Source of the DNA: Lysobacterales bacterium
GTDB lineage: Bacteria; Pseudomonadota; Gammaproteobacteria; Xanthomonadales; Xanthomonadaceae
Length of the DNA: 64,000 nt
Direction: 5' to 3'
Assembly (NCBI GenBank): GCA_014946745.1
Contig: JADCRD010000001.1
Span: forward strand, 1,360,427 to 1,424,426
Part shown: one piece after another, positions 1 to 9,714 of the stretch
Position numbering within the stretch: the first letter of the stretch is position 1
Layout of the letters: every line of letters starts with the position of its first letter
Position numbers and translations under genes: made by a program
Notes under the pieces: model-generated
What the model saw: only the letters and a program-made list of their open reading frames with translations
Database searches by the model: none
Told to the model about the DNA's origin: nothing

Positions 1-90
1 CTGGGCGTTGACGAGGTGGGCGGCGATCTGCGCGCCCATGACGCCGGCGCCGAGCACGGCCACCTTGCGGATGCGGAGGGGTTGCGACAT
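1..90 (-). CDS. 3-hydroxyacyl-CoA dehydrogenase-like protein, N-terminal 30 codons only (gene continues past the window start)
   Basis: Reverse complement of 1..90 reads MSQPLRIRKVAVLGAGVMGAQIAAHLVNAQ, a Rossmann GxGxxG NAD-binding N-terminus typical of 3-hydroxyacyl-CoA dehydrogenases. Start ATG is at 88-90 on the minus strand. Confidence 0.5.
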   Translation of the reverse strand, partial: MSQPLRIRKVAVLGAGVMGAQIAAHLVNAQ

Positions 91-124
91 GGAAGAACCT
101 CGTGGGGCGGGGGTGGTGAAGGAA

Positions 125-754
125 TCAGCCGAGCGCGGGCGGAGCCCGCAATCCGGCGACGGCGAAACGCAGCAGGTTGTCGGCCGCCAGCGCGCAGTGT
201 TCCTGCTCGCTGACGCCCGGCTGGCGACGGATCAGGCCGAAGTCGGCCATGGCGTAGGTGAGTGCGCCGGCGATGTAGTCGAGGCGCCAGTACAGGTCCT
301 GCTTCGGCAGGGCGGGCAGACAGTGCTGGATGGCGCGCGCGAACTCGCGCAGCACGTGGCCGTAGTGGTCGGAGAGAAACTGACGCAGGCGCTCGTTCTT
401 CTCGGCGTAGGCGCGTGCGACCACGCGCACGAAGGCAGCGCCTTCGCCCTCCATGCCGATCTGCATCGCCGGCACGATGAAGGCGGCGAGAATGGCTTCG
501 AGGTCCTGCGGGTCGCGCGCAATGGCTTCGTGCAGGAGCTTGAGCCGTCGCGCGCTCAGCTCGTCGAAGCGACGGCGGAACACCTCGGTGATCAGGTTCT
601 CTTTGCTGCCGAAGTGATAGTTGACCGCAGCGATATTGACGTCGGCGCAGGCGGTGAGCTGTCGCAGCGAGGTGGCAGCGAAGCCGTGTTCGGCAAACAG
701 CTGCTCGGCCGCGCTCAGCAGGCGTTCCTTGGTGGAGAACTGGCTCAAGCTCAC
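125..754 (-). CDS. TetR/AcrR-family transcriptional regulator, possibly a PsrA/FadR-like regulator of the adjacent fatty-acid degradation gene
   Basis: 209-aa ORF. N-terminal HTH (KERLLSAAEQLFAEHGFAATSLRQLTACADVNIAAVNYHFGSKENL) is the TetR signature. It lies downstream of a hydroxyacyl-CoA dehydrogenase gene on the same strand. Confidence 0.85.
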   Translation of the reverse strand: MSLSQFSTKERLLSAAEQLFAEHGFAATSLRQLTACADVNIAAVNYHFGSKENLITEVFRRRFDELSARRLKLLHEAIARDPQDLEAILAAFIVPAMQIGMEGEGAAFVRVVARAYAEKNERLRQFLSDHYGHVLREFARAIQHCLPALPKQDLYWRLDYIAGALTYAMADFGLIRRQPGVSEQEHCALAADNLLRFAVAGLRAPPALG

Positions 755-1045
755 CTACGGCTCCAGCACTTGATTAAAACAAACGTTTGAGAGACTAGGC
801 GGGCGTGCTAGCGAGGTCAACTTGCGCTGCGACAAGGAGCGGCTGTGCGTCGATGGCGTCACGTTTTTGACGCTCCGTGCCGATTCCCCTTGCAAAATGT
901 GCGATTGTCCAAGCCTTCGGCTACACTACTTGACCATTTCGTCCTAAGCCCGCGTTTTCAGGCGGAAATCCCGCCTCGCGCGAGCCTCGCGCGGCCGCTG
1001 GGCCAGCGGATGTCGCCGATACATCAACCCTCAGGGAGTTTCACC

Positions 1046-1471
1046 ATGGCGCTCGAGCGCACCATCTCCATCATCAAGCCCGACGCGGTCGCCAAGAACG
1101 TGATCGGCGAGATCTATGCCCGCTTCGAGAAGGCTGGGCTCAAGGTCGTCGCAGCCAAGATGAAGCACCTGTCGCGCAAGGAGGCCGAAGGCTTCTACGC
1201 GGTCCATCGCGAGCGTCCCTTCTTCAACGCACTGGTCGAGTTCATGATCTCCGGCCCGGTGATGATTCAAGTGCTGGAAGGCGAAGGTGCGGTTGCCAAG
1301 AACCGCGAGCTGATGGGCGCCACCAACCCGAAGGATGCGGCACCGGGCACCATTCGCGCTGACTTTGCGCAGAGCATCGATGCAAATGCCGTGCACGGTT
1401 CTGACAGTCTGGAGAATGCGGCGATCGAGATCGCCTACTTCTTCGCCGCCACCGAACTGTGCCCGCGCTGA
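1046..1471 (+). CDS. ndk: nucleoside diphosphate kinase
   Basis: 141 aa, [39 protein letters not shown]...[20 protein letters not shown]. Canonical Ndk including the active-site His (NAVHGSDS). Start chosen at the internal ATG 1046, not the ORF-track start 845. Confidence 0.95.
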   Translation: MALERTISIIKPDAVAKNVIGEIYARFEKAGLKVVAAKMKHLSRKEAEGFYAVHRERPFFNALVEFMISGPVMIQVLEGEGAVAKNRELMGATNPKDAAPGTIRADFAQSIDANAVHGSDSLENAAIEIAYFFAATELCPR

Positions 1472-1499
1472 TTCGACCGAAACCCAGCGAGATCAGGCC

Positions 1500-2702
1500 A
1501 TGAGCGAGATCCCCGTACGACTGGAAACCGCGACGCCCGCCGTCACGGCGCCCGTGTCGCCGGTGGAGCGCGTAAACCTGTTTGATCTGGACCGCGCAGG
1601 AATGGAGCGCTTCTTCGTCGAGGTTCTCGGCGAGAAGCGCTTCCGCGCCCACCAGATCATGAAGTGGATGTACCACCTGCACGTGACCGACATCGCCCAG
1701 ATGACGGACGTCGGCAAGGCGCTGCGGGCCAAGCTGGAGCAGCACTGCGATATCCGCCCACCGGGCGTGGTGTTCGACAAGGCGTCCACCGACGGCACGC
1801 ACAAGTGGCTGCTCGGCATGGACAGCGCCAACTCCATCGAGACCGTTTTTATTCCCGACAAGGGGCGCGGCACGCTCTGTGTGTCCAGCCAGGTCGGCTG
1901 CGGCCTCAACTGCCAGTTCTGCAGCACGGCAACGCAAGGCTTCAACCGCAACCTGTCCACGGCTGAAATCGTCGGCCAGGTGTGGACGGCCTCGAAGCAC
2001 CTCGGCAACAAGGCCCATCAGAATCGCAAGCTCACCAATGTCGTGATGATGGGCATGGGCGAGCCGCTGCTGAATTTCGACAACGTTGTGCGAGCGATGT
2101 CGATCATGCGCGACGACCTGGGCTTCGGCCTTGCCAACAAGCGGGTCACGCTGTCCACCGCAGGCCTCGTGCCGATGATCGACCGGCTGGCCGAAGAGTC
2201 CGATGTGTCGCTGGCCGTTTCGCTGCACGCGCCCAACGATGCGCTGCGCACCGAGCTGGTGCCGCTCAACAAGAAATATCCGATTGCCGAGTTGATGGAC
2301 GCCTGTGTGCGCTACGCCTTGCGCAAGAAGCGTGAGTCCATCACGTTCGAATACACGCTGATGCGTGGCGTCAATGACCGCCCCGAACATGCACGTGAGC
2401 TGGCGCGCCTGATGCGTCGCTTCGCCAACGTCGTGCAGTACGCGGACGCGGCCAAGGTCAACCTGATCCCCTTCAACCCCTTCCAAGGCACCCGCTTCGA
2501 GCGGAGCACCGAAGAAGACATCCGGGCGTTCCAGAAAATCCTCCTCGACCACCAGGTGCTGACGATGGTGCGTCGTACGCGCGGCGACGACATCGATGCG
2601 GCTTGCGGCCAGCTCAAGGGCCAGGTCGCTGATCGAACCCGCCGCCAGGCAGAGTTCCGACGCAAGCTCGAAACAGCTGGAGTGGGTGATGCCGCGGCTT
2701 GA
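1500..2702 (+). CDS. rlmN: 23S rRNA/tRNA (adenine-C2) methyltransferase RlmN, radical SAM
   Basis: CxxxCxxC radical-SAM motif ([12 protein letters not shown]), MGMGEPLLN and C-terminal CGQL motifs. Conserved position immediately after ndk. Start at ATG 1500 (MSEIPVRLE), not the ORF-track 1335. Confidence 0.9.
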   Translation: MSEIPVRLETATPAVTAPVSPVERVNLFDLDRAGMERFFVEVLGEKRFRAHQIMKWMYHLHVTDIAQMTDVGKALRAKLEQHCDIRPPGVVFDKASTDGTHKWLLGMDSANSIETVFIPDKGRGTLCVSSQVGCGLNCQFCSTATQGFNRNLSTAEIVGQVWTASKHLGNKAHQNRKLTNVVMMGMGEPLLNFDNVVRAMSIMRDDLGFGLANKRVTLSTAGLVPMIDRLAEESDVSLAVSLHAPNDALRTELVPLNKKYPIAELMDACVRYALRKKRESITFEYTLMRGVNDRPEHARELARLMRRFANVVQYADAAKVNLIPFNPFQGTRFERSTEEDIRAFQKILLDHQVLTMVRRTRGDDIDAACGQLKGQVADRTRRQAEFRRKLETAGVGDAAA

Positions 2703-3456
2703 AGCTTCATTGATCGCAGCGTGCGTGCTCGCACTCGCGGGTTGCGCGGCTGGCGGTGGTGCGCGCAAGGCGGAGGATTCACCCAACGCTATCGCCGCGG
2801 GCAACCAAGTGCAGATGGGGCGCGCCTACATGCAGCGCGGTCAGCTGCAGATCGCTCTCGAGCGGCTGACCAAGGCGCTTGAGCTGGACCCGCGTTCAAC
2901 CGATGCGCACACGGTGATCGCCGTGCTGTACGAAGAGATTCGCAGGCCGGAGCGCGCCGAGACGCACTACCGGCGCGCGGTTGAGCTGAAGCCCGAAGAC
3001 GGCTCGGTCAACAACAACTACGGCCAGTTCCTCTGCCGCTTGGGGCGCTTCGACGAGGCCGATGCGCGTTTCGCCAAAGCCATCGATGACCCCTTCTATC
3101 CTACGCCGGCGCTGGTGTTCACCAATGCGGGCGTCTGCCGGCTGAAGGCGGGCGATCTGCCCGCCGCAGACCGCTACCTGCGCAGCGCGCTTGAGATCGA
3201 GCCCAGCAACCCGGACGTCCTTCTGGACTTGGCTCGGCTGCAGGTCAAGACGGGCGATCTGCTGCGTGCGCGCGCATTCCTTCAGCGTCATGAGGCCGCG
3301 ACCACTCCTGGGCCGGATGCCCTTGAGTTGGGCGTTGCCATCGAATCCGGACTGGGCAACACGGAGGCCGTCGAACGGTACCGTGAACGCCTGCGTTCGG
3401 AGTATCCCGACCACGAAACCGCACCGATGCTCCAGGGGGAGCCTTCGATCCAATGA
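2689..3456 (+). CDS. pilF: TPR-repeat lipoprotein, type IV pilus biogenesis/stability protein PilF-like
   Basis: Lipobox LALAGCAAG followed by TPR repeats. It sits between rlmN and rodZ, as pilF does in Pseudomonas-type gene order. Start ATG 2689 overlaps the rlmN 3' end. Confidence 0.75.
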   Translation: MPRLEASLIAACVLALAGCAAGGGARKAEDSPNAIAAGNQVQMGRAYMQRGQLQIALERLTKALELDPRSTDAHTVIAVLYEEIRRPERAETHYRRAVELKPEDGSVNNNYGQFLCRLGRFDEADARFAKAIDDPFYPTPALVFTNAGVCRLKAGDLPAADRYLRSALEIEPSNPDVLLDLARLQVKTGDLLRARAFLQRHEAATTPGPDALELGVAIESGLGNTEAVERYRERLRSEYPDHETAPMLQGEPSIQ

Positions 3457-4388
3457 GCGGACACATGCATGAGGGCGCCGGGGCGCCCGAACGCGCGGTA
3501 ATCGGTGCCGAGACCGGGGCGACGTCCCTTGGCGCCCGGCTTCGCAAGCGACGCGAGGCCATGGGGCTTGACGTTACCGAGCTTGCCGCGCAGCTCAAGC
3601 TACGCGTGCAGATCATCGAGGCCATTGAGGCAGATCGTCTCGATTCGCTGGGCGCTGGCGTGTTCGCACGCGGCTACCTGAGCGCGTATGTGAAAGCGGT
3701 GGGGCTGCCGACGGTCGTTCTGGACTTGCTGCCGGTGGCCCGCACGACCGCTCCCAACCTGGTCACTCACGTCAAGCCGCGCTACGGCACCTTGCTGGGG
3801 CGCTATACCAGCCGCCTTGGGCACGTGTTTCTCACAGCGGCCATCGTGGTTCCCTTCATCTGGATGGCAACCTCGAACCAGCTGCCCTCGCAGCAGGCGA
3901 CGCTGACATCGCTCGACGTGCCGGTTGACGCTCCGGAAACGGATTCGGCGGCGGCAGCGGCAGGGGCTTCGAGCGCGCACGAGCTTCCGGTGATGGCATC
4001 ACTGGCACCGATGTTCCCGGCCAAACCCCCGGGGGCGGAGCTTGCCAATGCCGCTCTGCCCGCTGCTGTCCTTGAAGCGCCGACGGTGCCGCCGGCCTCG
4101 GACACGCCCGTTTCTGCCGAGACGCTGGTGCTCAATCTCAGCGCGGACAGTTGGGTCGAGGTCAGCACGGCCGACGGCGAGGTGCTTGAGTCCGCTCTGC
4201 TTCGCGCGGGTGCCGAGCGCTCTTTTCCCCTGAATGCCGGTTTGCGTGTCTCCCTGGGGAACGCAGGTGGCGTCGAACTGCGTCTGAACGGGGAGGCAAT
4301 CGATGTTTCGCCGTTTCGACGCGCCAACGTCGCGCGCTTTAGACTCGCCGCCGATGGCACGCTGGCGCCCGCGATCCCGGCAGGTTGA
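3453..4388 (+). CDS. rodZ: cytoskeleton protein RodZ (HTH_XRE + TM + C-terminal DUF4115-like domain)
   Basis: LGARLRKRREAMGLDVTELAAQLKLRVQIIEAIEADRLDSLGAGVFARGYLSAYVKAVGL aligns with the E. coli RodZ N-terminal HTH. The start codon overlaps the pilF stop (ATGA). Confidence 0.75.
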   Translation: MSGHMHEGAGAPERAVIGAETGATSLGARLRKRREAMGLDVTELAAQLKLRVQIIEAIEADRLDSLGAGVFARGYLSAYVKAVGLPTVVLDLLPVARTTAPNLVTHVKPRYGTLLGRYTSRLGHVFLTAAIVVPFIWMATSNQLPSQQATLTSLDVPVDAPETDSAAAAAGASSAHELPVMASLAPMFPAKPPGAELANAALPAAVLEAPTVPPASDTPVSAETLVLNLSADSWVEVSTADGEVLESALLRAGAERSFPLNAGLRVSLGNAGGVELRLNGEAIDVSPFRRANVARFRLAADGTLAPAIPAG

Positions 4389-4444
4389 TCCTGGCGATCA
4401 CCCCACGCTTTCCCGCTGCACGTTGACTCTCAACGGAAAACAGA

Positions 4445-5092
4445 ATGTCGATTGAACAAATGGACGAACACGAGCGCGGCGAACGCGTTCGCCGCTGGCT
4501 CAGGGACAATGGCAATGCGCTGATCGGCGGCGTTGCCGTTGGCCTCTTCGCCTTCTTCGGCTGGGAGTGGTACCAGAACTCCCAGGTGCAGGCCCAGTAC
4601 GACGCAGCCAACCAGTTCGAGTCGCTGCGCAAAGCCGTCGAGGCAGATCAGGCCGAGACCATTGCCGAAGTCGCCGGCGGTATCAGCAGCACCTTCAAGG
4701 ATTCGCCCTACATCGCGCTGGCTGAGCTGCAAGTGGCCCAGACCAAGCTTGAAGCGGGCGATCTGGACGCAGCCTCTGCCGCACTCGACAAGGCGCGCGC
4801 TGCCGCAAAGGAGCCGCTGATCGCGCAGATTGCGACCTTGCGCCTCGCCCGCGTGCGGGTGGCCCAAGGCCAGTTGGATGAAGCGCTCACGCTGGCCGAT
4901 ACCGCGAAGTCGGATTTCCCGGGCCTTGCCGCAGAGCTGCGCGGGGACATTCTCAAGGCCCAGGGCAAGAACGAAGACGCCATCAGCGCCTACCAGGACG
5001 CACTGACGCACCTCGATGCCAACCAGCCCAGCCGCGGGCTGGTCGAGCTGAAGCTCGCTGACCTGGGCGCCAGCGCGCCACAGGAGTCTTGA
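4445..5092 (+). CDS. yfgM: YfgM-family membrane protein (ancillary SecYEG translocon subunit, UPF0070)
   Basis: N-terminal TM (ALIGGVAVGLFAFFGWEWY). C-terminal LRLARVRVAQGQLDEAL...ELRGDILKAQGKNEDAISAYQDAL matches E. coli YfgM. Conserved position upstream of bamB. Confidence 0.75.
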   Translation: MSIEQMDEHERGERVRRWLRDNGNALIGGVAVGLFAFFGWEWYQNSQVQAQYDAANQFESLRKAVEADQAETIAEVAGGISSTFKDSPYIALAELQVAQTKLEAGDLDAASAALDKARAAAKEPLIAQIATLRLARVRVAQGQLDEALTLADTAKSDFPGLAAELRGDILKAQGKNEDAISAYQDALTHLDANQPSRGLVELKLADLGASAPQES

Positions 5093-5094
5093 GT

Positions 5095-6255
5095 ATGCGT
5101 GGCGCTGGGCGCGCGCTCTGCCTTTCGCTGCTGGTGCTGGGTCTGGTGGCCTGCAGTGGCTCCCGCGTCAGCAAGCGCGAGAACATCCAGCCGCCGGCTG
5201 AACTCGTCGATTTCGACGCGACCGTTGAAGTGGAGCGCGTATGGTCGCGCTCGCTCGGTGAAGGCGAAGGGCGCATGGGTCTGCGCCAGCGTCCCGTGCT
5301 CGGCGACGGCAAGCTGTACTTCGGTACCGTGGAGGGCGAAGTCACCGCGATCGACGTGAAGACTGGCCAAGAAGTCTGGTCGCTGGAGTTTGAAGACCTT
5401 CGCTTTGCAGGAGCGCCCGGCTTCGGCGAAGGCACCCTGCTGATGACCACCTTGGACGGCGTGGTGCTGGCCCTGAACCCGGACACTGGCGCTGAGCGCT
5501 GGCGTGCGCCGGTCACGTCCGAAGTGATTGCCCAGCCGACGATTGGCCGTGGTCTGGCGGTGGTTCGCGCCAACGACGGCCGGCTGTTCGCGTTTTCGAT
5601 CACCGATGGCACCCGTCGCTGGGTGTTCGACCGCGCTCTGCCAAGCCTGACGCTGCGCGGCAACAGCCCGCCGTTGATCGTCGACACCGCCCTCTTCGTC
5701 GGTTATGACGATGGCAGCCTGGTGGCGCTGCGCTTGGAGAACGGCTCGCCCGTGTGGGAGCAACCGGTCTCCATCGGCGAGGGTCGCACCGATCTGGATC
5801 GCATGAGCGACGTAGACGGCGAGATTGCTTTCCGCGAGGGCCTGCTTTTTGCCGGCAGCTACCGCGGCCAGGTGGTCGCTTTCGAGGCGGTCAATGCCCG
5901 CCCTCTGTGGAATCGTGAGATGTCGGTCTATGGCGGCGTCGTGCTCGCGGGCGACGCGGTGCTGGCGGCCGATGATCGCGGCAACCTGTGGTCGCTTGAC
6001 CAGCGCACCGGGTCTGCGATCTGGAAGCAGGACGCATTGGCTCACCGCTGGCTGAGCACCCCCGCGTATCACGCCGGGTATGCGGCCGTAGGGGATGTCG
6101 AGGGCTATGTTCACTGGATGAGCATGGACGATGGACGTTTCGTTGCCCGTGCGCGCTTCGGCAAGAAGGCACTGCGCGGCAGTCCCATTGTCGTTGACGA
6201 CCTGCTGATCGTGACCAGCACGGACGGTGAGATCGCGGCCTTCCGCGTCCGCTGA
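5095..6255 (+). CDS. bamB: outer membrane protein assembly factor BamB (PQQ-like beta-propeller lipoprotein)
   Basis: Lipobox LGLVACSGS. C-terminal GDVEGYVHWMSMDDGRFVARARF aligns with E. coli BamB GDSEGYLHWINVEDGRFVAQ. Start taken at ATG 5095. Confidence 0.88.
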   Translation: MRGAGRALCLSLLVLGLVACSGSRVSKRENIQPPAELVDFDATVEVERVWSRSLGEGEGRMGLRQRPVLGDGKLYFGTVEGEVTAIDVKTGQEVWSLEFEDLRFAGAPGFGEGTLLMTTLDGVVLALNPDTGAERWRAPVTSEVIAQPTIGRGLAVVRANDGRLFAFSITDGTRRWVFDRALPSLTLRGNSPPLIVDTALFVGYDDGSLVALRLENGSPVWEQPVSIGEGRTDLDRMSDVDGEIAFREGLLFAGSYRGQVVAFEAVNARPLWNREMSVYGGVVLAGDAVLAADDRGNLWSLDQRTGSAIWKQDALAHRWLSTPAYHAGYAAVGDVEGYVHWMSMDDGRFVARARFGKKALRGSPIVVDDLLIVTSTDGEIAAFRVR

Positions 6256-6276
6256 CCGGCGGCTGCAGGTACGAGC

Positions 6277-6315
6277 GGAACGCGCCGTGGCAACACGGCG
6301 CGTTTTGCGTTTTCC
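6277..6315 (+). terminator. rho-independent terminator after bamB
   Basis: GGAACGCGCCGTGGcaaCACGGCGCGTT stem followed by TTGCGTTTT. Confidence 0.7.
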
Positions 6316-6390
6316 GGAGTTGCGGCACACTTGCAGCCGCTATCCAAAGCGCGGACCCCTTGTCCGCGACTGTCATTGAAGGATTCACCC

Positions 6391-7800
6391 GTGCTGCCTC
6401 TCGTCGCCCTGGTCGGTCGCCCCAACGTGGGCAAGTCGACACTGTTCAACGTTCTCACCCGCTCGCGGGATGCGCTCGTCGCCGATCAGCCGGGGCTGAC
6501 GCGCGATCGCCAGTACGGGGTCTGTCGCCTGGTCGATCGTCCCTTCATGGTGGTCGACACCGGTGGCATCGGCTCGCAAGAGGGCAGCCTCGGCGAGCGT
6601 GCGGAAGTCCAGAGCTGGGCGGCCGTCGATGAGGCCGATGTGCTGTTGTTCATCGTCGACGCACGTGCCGGCATCACCCCGGACGACAGCGAGATCCTGC
6701 GCCGTCTGCGTCGCCAGTCGAAGCCGGTGATCCTCGCGGTCAACAAGACCGATGGCCTCGACGAGAACACCGCGCTGGCCGAATTCTCCCGTCTCGGTAT
6801 CGACGCCGTGCTGCCCTTGGCGGCCTCTCACGGTCGCGGTGTGCTGCCGCTGATCGACGTGCTGTTCGCCCGACTGCCGGCCCCGGCGGAAGGCGAGCTC
6901 GACCCTGCGCTTGAGGACCCCACCGAGAGGCTGAAGCTGGCCATCGTGGGGCGGCCCAACGTCGGCAAGTCCACCCTGGTGAACCGCATTTGCGGCGAGG
7001 AGCGCGTGCTCGCCTCCGAGGTCGCAGGCACCACGCGTGATTCCATCGCCGTCGATCTTGAGCGCGAGGGCCGCAAGTACCGGCTGATCGACACTGCCGG
7101 CATCCGCCGCAAGGCGCGCGTCGACGAGGCCATCGAAAAATTCAGCGTGCTGAAGGCCCTGCAGGCTATCGAGCACAGCGAGGTGGTGGTGTTCATGCTC
7201 GACGCCAGCGAGGGCGTCACCGAGCAGGACGCCACGGTGCTGGGCCACGTGCTGCAGGCACAGCGCGCGCTGGTGATTGCAGTCAACAAGTGGGACGGCC
7301 TGACCCAGTACCAGAAGGACCAGTGCAAGGCCGACCTCGAGCGCCGCCTGGCTTTCGTCAACTACGCCCAGATCGTGACCATCTCGGCCAAGCACGGCAC
7401 CGGTCTTCGCGAGTTGTTCCGTGCAGTCCACCGTGCCAACGAATCCGCCACGCGCACGATCGGCACCTCCGAGATCAATCGCGCGCTGGAAGCCGCCTTC
7501 GAGGCCTTTCAGCCGCCCCTGGTGCGCGGTCACGTCGCCAAGCTGCGGTATGCGCACATGGCGGGGCACAACCCTCCGACCATCGTTGTCCACGGCACCC
7601 GGCTGAAGACGCTGCCCGACAGCTACAAGCGCTACCTGGAGAACTTCTTCCGCAAGCGCTTCAAGCTGGTGGGCACGCCAATCGCGCTGCTGTTCCGTGA
7701 GGGCGACAACCCCTACAAGGACAAGCCCAAGCCGGAGCTGAGCGATCGCCAGAAGGCCAAGCGCAAGCGCCTGATGCAGTTCGTCAAGCGCAAGTCCTGA
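6391..7800 (+). CDS. der: ribosome-associated GTPase Der/EngA (tandem GTPase domains + KH-like C-terminus)
   Basis: Two G-domains ([15 protein letters not shown] and [15 protein letters not shown]). Start assigned to GTG 6391 ([16 protein letters not shown]), preceded by a GAAGGA Shine-Dalgarno sequence, because Der begins directly with the first P-loop. Confidence 0.9.
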   Translation: MLPLVALVGRPNVGKSTLFNVLTRSRDALVADQPGLTRDRQYGVCRLVDRPFMVVDTGGIGSQEGSLGERAEVQSWAAVDEADVLLFIVDARAGITPDDSEILRRLRRQSKPVILAVNKTDGLDENTALAEFSRLGIDAVLPLAASHGRGVLPLIDVLFARLPAPAEGELDPALEDPTERLKLAIVGRPNVGKSTLVNRICGEERVLASEVAGTTRDSIAVDLEREGRKYRLIDTAGIRRKARVDEAIEKFSVLKALQAIEHSEVVVFMLDASEGVTEQDATVLGHVLQAQRALVIAVNKWDGLTQYQKDQCKADLERRLAFVNYAQIVTISAKHGTGLRELFRAVHRANESATRTIGTSEINRALEAAFEAFQPPLVRGHVAKLRYAHMAGHNPPTIVVHGTRLKTLPDSYKRYLENFFRKRFKLVGTPIALLFREGDNPYKDKPKPELSDRQKAKRKRLMQFVKRKS

Positions 7801-7813
7801 GCGGAGCCGACAC

Positions 7814-8440
7814 ATGGACGTACTGCTGCAGGCTCTGATCGACTCCGTGCCGCAGCCGGCGCTGCGTACTGAAGCGGTGCCGGTGCCACGTGCGCTGGCG
7901 CGTGTCTATGCGGGTGTGGTCCGCGATGGTTTGAGGCCTGGAGACGCGCTCACGCCGCGTCAGATCGGCCTGCTTGCCGAAGCCGGCGATGCGCGCGTCG
8001 AGGTCTATCCGCGGCCCACTGTTGCGGTGTTCAGCTTTGGCGATGCACTGCTGCAAGCCGGCGACCCGTGCATCGAGGGTCGCACGCATGACGTCGCCAG
8101 CCCGATGCTGCAGGCCCTGCTGGCCGAGCAGCGCATCGAGTCGCTGGCCTGGCCGGCGCTGCCACAGCACGCGGAGCGCATCGACGCCGCGCTCGGCGAT
8201 GCGCTCGACAGCTTCGATCTGGTCCTCTTGAGCGCCACGCCAGCCGCAGCGCCGGTGCTGCTTGAGCGGCTTCCGCGGCTCGGCGTCGCCATGCCTGTTG
8301 CGCAGGACGCGCCGCGGGCCTGGCGCAGTTCGCGAGCGCGCGTCCTCTGGCTCGCCGCCGAGCCGGAGCTGCTGCTTCGGCAGTTCGCTGGCTGGGTGGC
8401 GCCGACCGTCGCGGCGCTGCAATACCGGGCTCGCGCGTGA
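7814..8440 (+). CDS. degenerate MoeA-like protein (short; aligns to the MoeA N-domain/start of the MoCF domain but lacks the GGVSxGE motif)
   Basis: LTPRQIGLLAEAGDARVEVYPRPTVAVFSFGDALL aligns with E. coli MoeA [35 protein letters not shown]. Only 208 aa versus ~410 for MoeA. Stop overlaps the start of the next gene. Confidence 0.45.
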   Translation: MDVLLQALIDSVPQPALRTEAVPVPRALARVYAGVVRDGLRPGDALTPRQIGLLAEAGDARVEVYPRPTVAVFSFGDALLQAGDPCIEGRTHDVASPMLQALLAEQRIESLAWPALPQHAERIDAALGDALDSFDLVLLSATPAAAPVLLERLPRLGVAMPVAQDAPRAWRSSRARVLWLAAEPELLLRQFAGWVAPTVAALQYRARA

Positions 8441-9555
8441 TTCAGGAGCTGGAACCCGCCGCGGCACTCGCCCGGCAGCAGGCTGGCGCTGTCCTGATTG
8501 ACGTGCGCGAAGACAGCGAGCGCGCAGCGGGGCTTCCGCAGGGGGCCATTGCGATTCCGCTGGCACGGCTTGCGACCGATATCGCCGGCTTAGCTGAGCC
8601 TCACAGCGAGCTGCTGCTGATCTGCGCGGCCGGCATGCGCTCGCTGCGCGCGGCCTCGCAGCTGCGCGGCCTTGGCTACACGCAGCTGGCTTCGGTTCGC
8701 GGCGGCTGCGGCGCCTGGCGCGCGCTGGGCCTGCCCTGGGCGGGTGCGCAGGACTCGCCGGACTTCCTGGAGCGCTTCGATCGCCATCTGCGTTTGCCGC
8801 AGGTGGGCATCGAAGGCCAGCGTCGGCTGCAGCGTGCGCGGGTGGCCATCGTCGGGGCCGGTGGCTTGGGCTCGCCGGTCGCCCTGTATCTGGCGGCGGC
8901 GGGGGTTGGCCATATCCGCCTCATCGACGACGACCGCGTGGATCGAAGCAACCTGCAGCGCCAGGTGCTGCACACCGATGCCGCAGTCGGGGAATACAAG
9001 GTCGACTCGGCGCGCGAACGTCTGCTGGCCCTGAATCCGCACCTCGATCTCGATACGCGCGCGCAGCGCCTGTCCGCCGACAACATCGAACGCATCTTCG
9101 ATGGCGTTGAGCTGGTGATTGACGGCAGCGACAACTTTCCCACGCGCTATCTGGTGTCGGATGCCTGCGTGAACCTCGGGCTGCCGATGGTCTATGGCGC
9201 GGTGGAGCGCTTCACCGGTCAGGTGGGCGTGTTCGCGGCCGGCCCGCGCCGCGGTCAATCGCCGTGCTACCGCTGCCTGTTTCCGGAGCCACCGCTGGAC
9301 GCCCCGAACTGCGCCGAGGCCGGCGTGTTGGGTGTGCTGCCGGGCTTGCTGGGCCTGCTGCAAGCGAATGAGGCGCTGAAGTACCTGCTGGGCATTGGCC
9401 GTGTTCTCGACGGCCGCGTGCTCAGCGTCGATGCCCTGCAGATGCGCTTTCGTGAGATCGGCGTGCCGCCGGATCCTGACTGCGCCGTGTGCGCGCCGGG
9501 ACGACCGTTCCCGGGCTATGCGGATTACCAGCGGTTTTGCAGCGTTGTCGTGTAG
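8437..9555 (+). CDS. rhodanese-domain / ThiF-MoeB E1-like adenylyltransferase fusion (rhodanese N-terminal)
   Basis: N-terminal rhodanese with catalytic Cys loop (LLICAAGMRSLRAA). Downstream ThiF/MoeB fold with the GAGGLGSP nucleotide-binding motif and CxxC...CxxC zinc site (CYRCL...CAVCAP). GTG start at 8437 overlaps the upstream stop. Confidence 0.8.
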   Translation: MIQELEPAAALARQQAGAVLIDVREDSERAAGLPQGAIAIPLARLATDIAGLAEPHSELLLICAAGMRSLRAASQLRGLGYTQLASVRGGCGAWRALGLPWAGAQDSPDFLERFDRHLRLPQVGIEGQRRLQRARVAIVGAGGLGSPVALYLAAAGVGHIRLIDDDRVDRSNLQRQVLHTDAAVGEYKVDSARERLLALNPHLDLDTRAQRLSADNIERIFDGVELVIDGSDNFPTRYLVSDACVNLGLPMVYGAVERFTGQVGVFAAGPRRGQSPCYRCLFPEPPLDAPNCAEAGVLGVLPGLLGLLQANEALKYLLGIGRVLDGRVLSVDALQMRFREIGVPPDPDCAVCAPGRPFPGYADYQRFCSVVV

Positions 9556-9714
9556 GCGGGTTCGGGCCGCCGCGAGCGTGCAGGCCGGGGTGGATCAAGA
9601 CCCACCCTCTGGCGGGCGTCGTAGCGGGCGGGAGCGCTGGGGGAGCCCGTGTGCCGTGCAGGCCCGGCTGCTGGCGTGTGCAATAATTCGCGGCTTTCCC
9701 GCCGGGTCCATTCC

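Noticed and set aside
8-790. 260-aa plus-strand ORF overlapping the TetR gene and the hydroxyacyl-CoA dehydrogenase 5' end
   Set aside because: Antisense to a clear TetR HTH protein. No motifs.
845-1045. ORF-track N-terminal extension of ndk (start 845); similar upstream extensions for rlmN (1335), der (6331), folD (9649), dctM (12635) and the metH Hcy-domain gene (27266)
   Set aside because: Homology to the conserved protein N-termini begins at internal start codons. The extensions are ORF-caller read-through into intergenic DNA.
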